Of a stretch of DNA of 64,000 bases, positions 17,609 through 25,570 are shown piece after piece. The notes beneath the pieces were generated by a model. The model had not been told where the DNA came from and did not search any database. It saw nothing but the letters and a program-made list of their open reading frames with translations. Source of the DNA: Desulfobacteraceae bacterium (GTDB lineage: Bacteria > Desulfobacterota > Desulfobacteria > Desulfobacterales > ETH-SRB1); assembly GCA_030593145.1 (NCBI GenBank), contig JAUVHU010000002.1, positions 8,238 to 72,237 on the forward strand. The letters are read 5' to 3'. The position numbers and the translations under genes are program-made. Numbering within the stretch: the first letter of the stretch is position 1; every line of letters begins with the position of its first letter.

Positions 17609-20593
17609 ATGGATGTAATCCCGGACAAAAATAATCCTGACATTAACATAGGCGACAATGTTTATGGCTATTCTGTTAAAAGGATCGTCAAGCTCGATGA
17701 AATCAATTCCGTTTTTTACGAACTTGAGTATGCTGATACAGGCACCAGGCATATTCACATCAGCAATAAAGATGAAGAAAATACATTCAGCGTTGCCTTC
17801 AAAACCGTTCCCGAAGATTCAACAGGCGTTGCGCACATATTAGAACACACTGTTTTGTGTGGTTCCAGCAAATTCCCTGTACATGATCCATTCTTTTCCA
17901 TGTTAAAGAGAAGTTTAAGCACTTTTATGAACGCTTTTACTGCTTCGGACTGGACCATGTATCCTTTTTCCACACAAAACAAAAAAGACTTTTACAACCT
18001 TATGGATGTTTATCTTGACGCCGCCTTTTTCCCAAACATAGATAAACTCAGCTTTAAACAGGAAGGCTGCCGCCTGGAAGTTGAAGGTGTTTTTAAAAAT
18101 GCTGATTCCGAATCTCTTGTTTATAAAGGTATTGTATATAATGAGATGAAAGGCGCCATGTCATCCCCTGTCGAAATAATGGCGCGGTCTCTTTTAAAAT
18201 CCATTTATCCTGACACAACTTACAGTTACAACTCAGGCGGTGATCCAGTTATAATCCCGGATTTAACATATGATCAGCTAAAGGCTTTCCACACACGTCA
18301 TTATCATCCAAGTAATGCTTTTTTTTATACGTACGGAAACATGGCTCTTAAAAAACATCTCCTTTTTATCCATGATAAAATCTTAAAAAATTTTGAGCTG
18401 ATTGATCCAAAAACAGATGTTCCATCCCAGCCACGCTGGAGTAAACCGAAAAAAGCAACATATCGATATCCGATCGGCAAAAACGAAGATCCATCAAAAA
18501 AATGCCAGGCTTGCGTGGCATGGCTGACAGCAGATATCAAGGATTCTTTTGAGGTTCTTGTTCTTTCGCTGCTTGAACAGATTCTTCTTGGAAACTCAGC
18601 GTCTCCCCTGCGAAAGGCATTGATAGACTCGGAGCTTGGCGCAGCCCTCAGCGATGGAACAGGTTATGATTCTGACAATAGGGATACCATGTTTGTCTGC
18701 GGACTCAAGGATGTTGAGAAATCTGCCGCGGAAAAAATCGAAATAATCATATTTGATGTCTTGAAAAACCTGTGCGAATCAGGAATAGACAAAAAACTTA
18801 TTGAATCAGCCATTCACCAGTTAGAGTTTCATCGCAAGGAAGTGACAAACACACCTTATCCATATGGAATTAAATTACTCTTAACTATTTCAGGAAGCTG
18901 GTTTCATGGCGGCGATGTTGAAAGAATTTTACGGTTTGATACTGACCTTGAAAAGATTCGTGAACAGCTTTCAAGAGGCCGTTTTTTTGAGAACCGTATA
19001 AAAAAGTATTTTCTTGATAATTCTCACAGAATACTTCTTACACTCGTTCCCGACAGTTTAATGGAAGATGAAGAAAACAAAAGGGTTGCGGCAAAGCTTG
19101 AAGATATTAGATCCGGCATGAGCGATTCTTCTCTAAATAAAATAAAAGAAGATGCAAAAACTTTAATGTCGCTGCAGGAAAGCAAAGAAGATGTCTCATG
19201 CCTCCCAACACTGGAAATTGAAGATATTCCTCCTTCAATTTCCAGCGTAGAAGAAACAACCGGATACGGCAAACCGATGATAACCCGTTATAGCCAGCCA
19301 ACATCCGGCATATTCTACTTTACGGCTGCTGCCGGCGCCGCATCTTTGCAAAAACAAATAATTCCCCTTGTGCCCTTTTTCTGCTTTGCTCTGCCAAAAA
19401 TCGGCACGGCATTACGTGATTACACGGAAATTGCTCAACTTATCGATGCGTATACAGGCAGCATAGGATTATCCTCTCACGCGCGTACCAGCTTTGAAAG
19501 CTCCGGCGACTGTTTGCCGTTTATATCTTTTGGTGGAAAATGCCTTGTCCGTAACATGGAAAGAATGTTTGAAATTATCAATGAACTTTTATCCGAATTC
19601 AATTTTTCAGATCTAAACCGATTAAAGAGTCTTTTACTCCAATACAGAGCAGGCCTGGAATCGATGGTTGTGCAAAACGGACACAGTCTTGCGATGTCGC
19701 TTGCTTCGAGGAACCTGTCGCCAACATGCGCCCTCAGTGAAACATGGCACGGCATCCACCAGTTGCATTTTATAAAAAACATTACCAATGATCTTTCAGA
19801 GCACAAGCTGAAATCTCTTTCCGATGACCTTTTATCAACAGGCAAAAACCTTTTTTCGATCGCTAATTTCAAAATAGCTCTTATCGGAGAAGAAAACACA
19901 CTACCCGCCGCGTCTTCTCTATCAGCATCCATACAAGACAATCTAACAAATGGAAAATCAAACGGGTTTGCTGCCCCGAAAATCGAATCTGACACTGAAA
20001 TCATCAGGGAAGGATGGAGTACCTCTTCCGCGGTTTCATTTGTTGCGCAAACATTTAAAACCGTACGCATGGAACATGAAGATGCTCCGGCCCTGTCTGT
20101 AATCAGCAAAATACTCAGATCTATGTATCTTCATCGCGAGATAAGGGAAAAAGGCGGCGCATACGGCGGGTTTGCCCTGTATAATTCTGAAGACGGGATA
20201 TTTAATTTCTGTTCTTACAGAGATCCTCATATAGTTTCTACCCTGAGAATATATGAAGATGCCGCAAACTTTATAAATTCCGGAAACTATACTGATGAAG
20301 ATGTAAAGGAAGCAATTCTGCAAGTTTGCTCTGGAATCGACAAACCGGATACTCCGGGTACTGCGGCAAAAAAAGCATTTTATAGAAAAATTGTATCCTT
20401 GTCTGACGAAGATCGCATACGTTTTAAAAAGCGGCTTTTAACATTAACCCGCGGCAATGTTGGTGAAACAGCGGAAAAATACTTTAATCAGAGCAGCTTG
20501 CAGCAGTTTGTCGCTGTAATATCCGGTGAGGAAAAATTGAAACATACAAACGAAAAATTATCGGCTCATCCCCTAAAGCTGCATAAAATTTGA
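17609..20593 (+). CDS. M16C (pitrilysin/PreP-like) zinc metalloprotease
   Basis: HXXEH zinc motif in GVAHILEHTVLCGS. The length from the ATG at 17609 is about 994 aa, typical for PreP-like enzymes. The tracked ORF start at 17468 is a TTG inside a repeat element, so I moved the start. Confidence 0.85.
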   Translation: MDVIPDKNNPDINIGDNVYGYSVKRIVKLDEINSVFYELEYADTGTRHIHISNKDEENTFSVAFKTVPEDSTGVAHILEHTVLCGSSKFPVHDPFFSMLKRSLSTFMNAFTASDWTMYPFSTQNKKDFYNLMDVYLDAAFFPNIDKLSFKQEGCRLEVEGVFKNADSESLVYKGIVYNEMKGAMSSPVEIMARSLLKSIYPDTTYSYNSGGDPVIIPDLTYDQLKAFHTRHYHPSNAFFYTYGNMALKKHLLFIHDKILKNFELIDPKTDVPSQPRWSKPKKATYRYPIGKNEDPSKKCQACVAWLTADIKDSFEVLVLSLLEQILLGNSASPLRKALIDSELGAALSDGTGYDSDNRDTMFVCGLKDVEKSAAEKIEIIIFDVLKNLCESGIDKKLIESAIHQLEFHRKEVTNTPYPYGIKLLLTISGSWFHGGDVERILRFDTDLEKIREQLSRGRFFENRIKKYFLDNSHRILLTLVPDSLMEDEENKRVAAKLEDIRSGMSDSSLNKIKEDAKTLMSLQESKEDVSCLPTLEIEDIPPSISSVEETTGYGKPMITRYSQPTSGIFYFTAAAGAASLQKQIIPLVPFFCFALPKIGTALRDYTEIAQLIDAYTGSIGLSSHARTSFESSGDCLPFISFGGKCLVRNMERMFEIINELLSEFNFSDLNRLKSLLLQYRAGLESMVVQNGHSLAMSLASRNLSPTCALSETWHGIHQLHFIKNITNDLSEHKLKSLSDDLLSTGKNLFSIANFKIALIGEENTLPAASSLSASIQDNLTNGKSNGFAAPKIESDTEIIREGWSTSSAVSFVAQTFKTVRMEHEDAPALSVISKILRSMYLHREIREKGGAYGGFALYNSEDGIFNFCSYRDPHIVSTLRIYEDAANFINSGNYTDEDVKEAILQVCSGIDKPDTPGTAAKKAFYRKIVSLSDEDRIRFKKRLLTLTRGNVGETAEKYFNQSSLQQFVAVISGEEKLKHTNEKLSAHPLKLHKI

Positions 20594-20712
20594 TGGCGTC
20601 GTAAAAAGTCCCATCTATAGTTAACTTCGTAACTTTTTACAAGGCCATCAAGTGTTAGGTTAAAGCAATTATCTGTTTTATCAAGCTCTTAACACTTAAC
20701 ACCTAACACGTT
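20581..20712. repeat. Family A composite repeat, copy 3, overlapping the stop codon of the protease gene
   Basis: gcataaaatttgatggcgtcgtaaaaagtc (20581-20610) matches 29313-29342 at 29 of 30 positions. There is a hairpin tgatggcgtcgtaaaaagt...actttttacaaggccatca. Positions 20632-20709 match the reverse complement of 3701-3772. Confidence 0.85.
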
Positions 20713-21582
20713 TTATTTGAGAATACTTTTCAGTTTTTTAGCATCCTTTTCTGAAAGAACATTGTCGGTCATTGCAATATCCACTGTATGACAACCCAGT
20801 GTTTTATAAAGATCAAGCAGCTCCGGTATTTTTGACCCTATTTCCTCTATATGCTTTGCAACGGTTTCAGAATCTCCCCTGACAATCGGTCCTGTCAGCG
20901 CCTTTGAAATCCCGACCTGTTCAATATTGGAAAGTGTGTTCTCAATGAGGGGTTTTAATACTTTAAATGCATCCCTGTCTGGAATCCCTGCTGTTCCAAT
21001 CAATCTGAATGACATGTCAAGCAATGTTACAAGATAATTCGATGCCACAACTGCGGATGCATGGTAAAGAGTTTTGGTATCTGTCTTAATTGTGAAACTC
21101 TCGGCTCCAAGGTCCGCTGCAATTTCTTTTGCCACAGACACAGCCCTGTCATCACCCTCAACAGAAATTACAATCCCCTGAAACGGGTTATATTTGAGTT
21201 CGGCTGAAGCAAAAGTCTGGAGAGGATGCATTGAACCTGTAAAAGCTCCGCAATCCTTTGCAGAAGCTAAAATGGTGGATGGAAGAGCTCCGCTGCAATG
21301 AAATACCACGGCATCTTTGCGGAAACCGGAATGAGAGGAAATACTACTGCATGTATCTTCTATCGCGCTGTCAGGCGTTGTCAGAAAAATTATATCAGCA
21401 TCTTTTGTTATTTCCCATGGAACATCGCTGAAATTATCGGTTTCTATAATTCCGGCAGCCCTTTTTGCAGATAACAGGCTTTTACTTGCAAAACCTGCCA
21501 ATTTATAGCCGGCTTCCGCAAGATATATTCCCAGCGATGTGCCGACCTTACCACATCCGACTATCGCAATAGAATGTTTCAT
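20713..21582 (-). CDS. Rossmann-fold NAD(P)-binding protein, DUF2520-like predicted oxidoreductase
   Basis: IAIVGCGKVGTSLG dinucleotide-binding motif. C-terminal LYHASAVVASNYLV...ALTGPIVRGD pattern. I prefer the ATG at 21582, which is preceded by aagga, over the GTG at 21600. Confidence 0.6.
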   Translation of the reverse strand: MKHSIAIVGCGKVGTSLGIYLAEAGYKLAGFASKSLLSAKRAAGIIETDNFSDVPWEITKDADIIFLTTPDSAIEDTCSSISSHSGFRKDAVVFHCSGALPSTILASAKDCGAFTGSMHPLQTFASAELKYNPFQGIVISVEGDDRAVSVAKEIAADLGAESFTIKTDTKTLYHASAVVASNYLVTLLDMSFRLIGTAGIPDRDAFKVLKPLIENTLSNIEQVGISKALTGPIVRGDSETVAKHIEEIGSKIPELLDLYKTLGCHTVDIAMTDNVLSEKDAKKLKSILK

Positions 21583-21814
21583 GATCAGGAAATCCTTCAC
21601 AAAGGATGTTCAAATATTGTTCTTTCTCTTTTTGATACTATTGAGTATATTTATCCTCACCTGAACAAGCAAAATACATGGTTTAATTAACTGCAATTAA
21701 TATTTTATAATGAATACTGTCAAGCAAAACATTGGTATTGACTAACCTGGTATAACTGCGTTAAAAACTGACCACTTTAAAAAATTACACATCAATTGAG
21801 GGTTTATATACACA

Positions 21815-21885
21815 AAAATTTACAAACTCATTTTTACTGCGGAGTAATGGAATTATAAAACTCACTTTTTTGCGTTTGTAAATTT
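21815..21885. repeat. Family C repeat (AAATTTACAAA...AAAAAAGTGAGTTTTATAATTCC), hairpin copy upstream of hisS
   Basis: Positions 21849-21885 are the reverse complement of 49935-49970 apart from a 2-nt substitution block (cg for tt). Locally this pairs with aaatttacaaac at 21816-21827. Confidence 0.8.
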
Positions 21886-21907
21886 CTGCTACAAGGAAAA
21901 TCACCAG

Positions 21908-23170
21908 ATGATTCAGCTTATAAGAGGTTTTAAAGACATACTGCCGGAAGAAGTTGAACTATGGCAGCATATAGAAAAGACAGCGCGTTCTCTTTTCGAA
22001 GATTTTGGTTTTAAGGAGATACGCATACCGATTCTGGAACATGCAGAGCTTTTTGCCAGAAGCATCGGAGAAGATACAGACATTGTGGAAAAGGAAATGT
22101 ACACCTTTCCTGACGGAAAAAGGGGGCTTATCACCCTGCGTCCAGAGGCCACCGCGTCTGTTGTCCGAGCCTATATTCAACACAGTCTTTACGCAAAGGA
22201 TCCGATACAGAAATTTTATACCATCGGACCAATGTTTCGCAGGGAAAGACCGCAAAAGGGAAGATACAGGCAGTTTTACCAGATTAATGCCGAAGTGTTC
22301 GGAATAGATTCACCGCTTATCGATGCTCAACTTATCTTTATGCTCGTGACTTTCTTTTCAAGGCTGTCTGTAACCGAGATCGAAACTCACATAAATTCAT
22401 TAGGGTGCCATAAATGCCGCCGGGATTTTAAAGATGCTCTCTCAATCTTTCTATCTGCTGCTTCAGAAAAGCTTTGCGCAGACTGCAAAAGAAGAAGCCA
22501 ACGAAATCCCTTAAGGGTGCTTGACTGCAAAGTCCCTTCCTGCAAGGAGGCTATGGCCGAAGCGCCTTCCATACTCGATTATCTGTGCGATGAATGCAGC
22601 ATCCATTTTAATGGTGTTAAGAATGTTCTTGAAAAATTTAACATTCCCTTTGTTATTGACAGTCTCCTGGTCAGAGGGCTTGATTATTACACACGAACAA
22701 CCTTTGAAATTCAAACAAGCTCCCTGGGCACTCAGAATGCCATAGCTGGAGGCGGCAGGTATGACACACTTGTAAAAACCCTTGGGGGGCCTGCCCAGCC
22801 CGCAATAGGATTCGCAATAGGATTTGACAGGCTTGTTGAAATAACCGATCTTAAGAGCGCGGATCTTGGCCAAAAACCTGACATATTCCTGGCAGCCCTT
22901 GGTGAAAAAAGCATGTCCATTGTATTTGAATGGTTCTGCGCTTTTTGTGTCGATGGTATAAAGGCTGAACTTGATTTAAATGGCAGAAGCCTGAAAAGCC
23001 AGATGAAACGCGCAGACAGGCTTGGCGCGGAATATGTGCTCATCGTTGGAGAAAAAGAACTTGAAGAAGGATCGGCTATACTGCGAAATATGAATACAAA
23101 AGAGCAGGCCGCGATTCCAATAGATGATATTGTAGAAAGGATAAAAAAAGAACTATCACAAAAAGACTAA
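21908..23170 (+). CDS. hisS: Histidine--tRNA ligase
   Basis: 420 aa. Class II aaRS motifs and HisS signatures: RGFKDILP, LRPEATASVVRAY, GGGRYD, AIGFAIGFDR. Confidence 0.95.
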   Translation: MIQLIRGFKDILPEEVELWQHIEKTARSLFEDFGFKEIRIPILEHAELFARSIGEDTDIVEKEMYTFPDGKRGLITLRPEATASVVRAYIQHSLYAKDPIQKFYTIGPMFRRERPQKGRYRQFYQINAEVFGIDSPLIDAQLIFMLVTFFSRLSVTEIETHINSLGCHKCRRDFKDALSIFLSAASEKLCADCKRRSQRNPLRVLDCKVPSCKEAMAEAPSILDYLCDECSIHFNGVKNVLEKFNIPFVIDSLLVRGLDYYTRTTFEIQTSSLGTQNAIAGGGRYDTLVKTLGGPAQPAIGFAIGFDRLVEITDLKSADLGQKPDIFLAALGEKSMSIVFEWFCAFCVDGIKAELDLNGRSLKSQMKRADRLGAEYVLIVGEKELEEGSAILRNMNTKEQAAIPIDDIVERIKKELSQKD

Positions 23171-23282
23171 CATAATATTGAGGAATTTGATTCCCAAGTT
23201 TTATTTCGTGTTTTCGTACTTTCGTGTTTTCGTGATTAATTTTAAGAAAGGAGTAAGTTCATTGTTAGACACACTTGGAGAA

Positions 23283-25052
23283 ATGAGGAGAACTCACAAC
23301 TGCTGTGAGCTTGGCATAGAGTCTTTGGGCACGGAGGTCGTACTCATGGGATGGGTACTGCGCCGAAGAGACCACGGAGGTGTAATATTCTTGGATTTAA
23401 GGGACAAGGAAGGCATAACCCAGGTTGTTTTTAATCCTGTCGAAAATCAAAAAGTTCATGAAAAAGCACACAGCATACGAAGCGAATATGTCATCGGCAT
23501 ACGCGGCAAGGTTAATAGAAGGCCCGAAGGCATGACCAACCAGACCTTAAAAACCGGTGAGATTGAGATTATGGTTGATGAACTTAAAATTTTCAATGCC
23601 GCTGAAACACCCCCTTTTTTAATTGAAGACAAGGTCGATGTCTCAGAAAACATTCGATTGAAATACCGTCATCTTGACTTGCGACGGCCCCAATTGCAGA
23701 AAAATATTATCCTGAGGCACAAGGCTTCAGCTTCTGTTCGCCAATACCTGAACAAAAACGGATTTCTTGATATCGAGACCCCTGTTTTAACCCGAAGCAC
23801 ACCTGAAGGCGCAAGGGACTATCTTGTGCCGAGCAGGGTAAATCCGGGCCAGTTTTATGCGCTGCCTCAGTCTCCTCAGCTTTTCAAGCAGCTTTTGATG
23901 ATATCGGGTTTTGACCGTTATTATCAGATTGTCCGCTGCTTCAGGGATGAAGATCTCAGGGCAGACCGCCAGCCGGAATTCACCCAGATAGATATTGAAA
24001 TGTCATTTGTGGATGAAGAAGATATCATAAATGTTTCTGAAGGCATGATAAAATCGCTTTTCAAGGATGTTCTTGAAAAAGAAATAAATACTCCATTCCC
24101 ACGCATGACTTACAAGGATGCGGTCGATCGATTCGGCCTTGACAAACCGGATATACGTTTCGGCCTGGAACTTAAAGACGTCTCTGACATTGTAGAAGGT
24201 TCAGGATTTAAGGTCTTTTCCAGTGTTGTGAAAAAAGGTGGAATAGTCAAAGCGTTAAACGCAAAAGGATGTGTAGATTTTTCACGAAAAGAAATAGATG
24301 ATCTTACCAAGCTCACAGCAATATACAGGGCAAAGGGACTGGCGTGGATAAAGGTCAGGGAAGATTCATGGCAGTCTCCAATAGCAAAATTTTTTACAGA
24401 TAAAGAAAAAGAGGAATTAACACGGCGCATAGACATGGAACCAGGCGACCTGATATTCTTTGTGGCTGACCAGCCAAACGTAACAAATGAAGCGCTTGGA
24501 CATCTTAGAAACCATCTGGGAAAAAGGCTTGGTCTCATAGACGAAAATGAATTCAAATTTATATGGATTACCCATTTCCCCTTGCTGGAATATGATGAAA
24601 CAGAAAAAAGGCATCAAGCGCTGCATCATCCATTTACAGCCCCGCTTGAAGAGGATTACGAATTGTTAAAGGATGATCCATTATCAGTAAAATCACGCGC
24701 ATACGATCTTGTTTTAAACGGTTCTGAGATCGGAGGCGGAAGCATCCGTATCCATCAAAGGAAGGTGCAGGAAAAAGCATTTGAAGCCCTTGGCATGGAT
24801 CGAAAAACCTATGAAGAAAAATTCGGTTTTCTGCTTTCAGCTCTGGATTCAGGCGCTCCTCCCCACGGAGGCATTGCGTTTGGTTTAGACAGGCTTGTTA
24901 TGATCCTGTGCGGTCAATCTTCTATCCGGGATGTCATTGCTTTCCCAAAGACACAGAAAGCAGCCTGTCTTCTTACCAATGCGCCATCTGAAACAAGCAA
25001 GGCTCAGCTTGATGAGCTGTCGTTGAAGGTCAAGGCTGTGTTATCTCAATAG
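23283..25052 (+). CDS. aspS: Aspartate--tRNA ligase
   Basis: MRRTHNCCEL... is a typical AspS N-terminus and follows a ggaga RBS. Motifs: FRDEDLRADRQPEFTQID, GGGSIRIH, GIAFGLDR. The tracked N-terminal extension (from 23178) runs through a ttcgtgttttcgt tandem repeat, so I trimmed it. Confidence 0.95.
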   Translation: MRRTHNCCELGIESLGTEVVLMGWVLRRRDHGGVIFLDLRDKEGITQVVFNPVENQKVHEKAHSIRSEYVIGIRGKVNRRPEGMTNQTLKTGEIEIMVDELKIFNAAETPPFLIEDKVDVSENIRLKYRHLDLRRPQLQKNIILRHKASASVRQYLNKNGFLDIETPVLTRSTPEGARDYLVPSRVNPGQFYALPQSPQLFKQLLMISGFDRYYQIVRCFRDEDLRADRQPEFTQIDIEMSFVDEEDIINVSEGMIKSLFKDVLEKEINTPFPRMTYKDAVDRFGLDKPDIRFGLELKDVSDIVEGSGFKVFSSVVKKGGIVKALNAKGCVDFSRKEIDDLTKLTAIYRAKGLAWIKVREDSWQSPIAKFFTDKEKEELTRRIDMEPGDLIFFVADQPNVTNEALGHLRNHLGKRLGLIDENEFKFIWITHFPLLEYDETEKRHQALHHPFTAPLEEDYELLKDDPLSVKSRAYDLVLNGSEIGGGSIRIHQRKVQEKAFEALGMDRKTYEEKFGFLLSALDSGAPPHGGIAFGLDRLVMILCGQSSIRDVIAFPKTQKAACLLTNAPSETSKAQLDELSLKVKAVLSQ

Positions 25053-25113
25053 ATGCAAATTTTTCTTGACTTTTATTTAGCTCTTTAATATTTATAGTGT
25101 TTTCCAAATTTGA

Positions 25114-25189
25114 TCCCCAGTAGCTCAGTTGGCAGAGCAAGTGGCTGTTAACCACTAGGTCCGCGGTTCGAGTCCGTGCTGGGGAGCCA
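25114..25189 (+). tRNA. tRNA-Asn (anticodon GTT), CCA encoded
   Basis: Cloverleaf folded by eye. The acceptor tccccag pairs with ctgggga. D-arm agctcagttggcagagc. Anticodon loop ct-GTT-aa. T-arm ggttcgagtcc. Discriminator g followed by cca. Confidence 0.95.
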
Positions 25190-25243
25190 ACAAATATAGG
25201 CCAAACTATCTATCGTTTGGCCTTTCTTATTTGAAAGTATCAT

Positions 25244-25459
25244 ATGTGGTTTGTATACATTTGTGATAGAAGAGACCGGCTTTACACAGGCATGACTACA
25301 AACCTGAACCATCGAATGAAGCAACATAGGGCAAACCTGCTCTATTCAGAGAAACATCCCGATAAACATTCAGCCGCCAGTCGTGAACGTCAAATCAAAG
25401 GATGGTCTCGCAAGAAAAAATTGTCACTAATTGAAAAGTCCTCAGTGAGTTTACCCTGA
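25244..25459 (+). CDS. GIY-YIG nuclease-family small protein (short form)
   Basis: 71 aa. WFVYICDRRDRLYTGMTTNLNHRMKQH matches the GIY-YIG (YxYIL..LYxGxTxxLxxRxxxH) pattern, and a conserved Arg is followed by IKGWSRKKK. It is shorter than typical family members. Confidence 0.7.
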   Translation: MWFVYICDRRDRLYTGMTTNLNHRMKQHRANLLYSEKHPDKHSAASRERQIKGWSRKKKLSLIEKSSVSLP

Positions 25460-25472
25460 GCATAGCCGAAGG

Positions 25473-25493
25473 GAGTCCGTGCTGGGGAGCCAA
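25473..25493 (+). repeat. Duplicated 3' end of tRNA-Asn (direct repeat of 25170-25190)
   Basis: gagtccgtgctggggagccaa is identical at 25170-25190 and 25473-25493 (21 of 21, checked base by base). Confidence 0.95.
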
Positions 25494-25502
25494 AAAAAAA
25501 TC

Positions 25503-25534
25503 AAGCTCGGTCAAATTTTGACCGAGCTTTTTTT
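25503..25534. terminator. Bidirectional rho-independent terminator
   Basis: aagctcggtcaaa-ttt-tgaccgagctt stem-loop, flanked by an A9 run upstream and a T7 run downstream. It sits between the tRNA/GIY-YIG unit and the convergent carboxylase gene. Confidence 0.75.
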
Positions 25535-25570
25535 GTTTTTGCTCATCTGGCAGAGTCCGCCTGCAAAACA

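Noticed and set aside
25066-25098. Sigma-70-type promoter for tRNA-Asn (TTGACT at 25066-25071).
   Set aside because: Candidate -10 hexamers (taatat, tattta, tatagt) lie at 14, 17 and 21 bp spacings, and none is convincing. This is too ambiguous to annotate.
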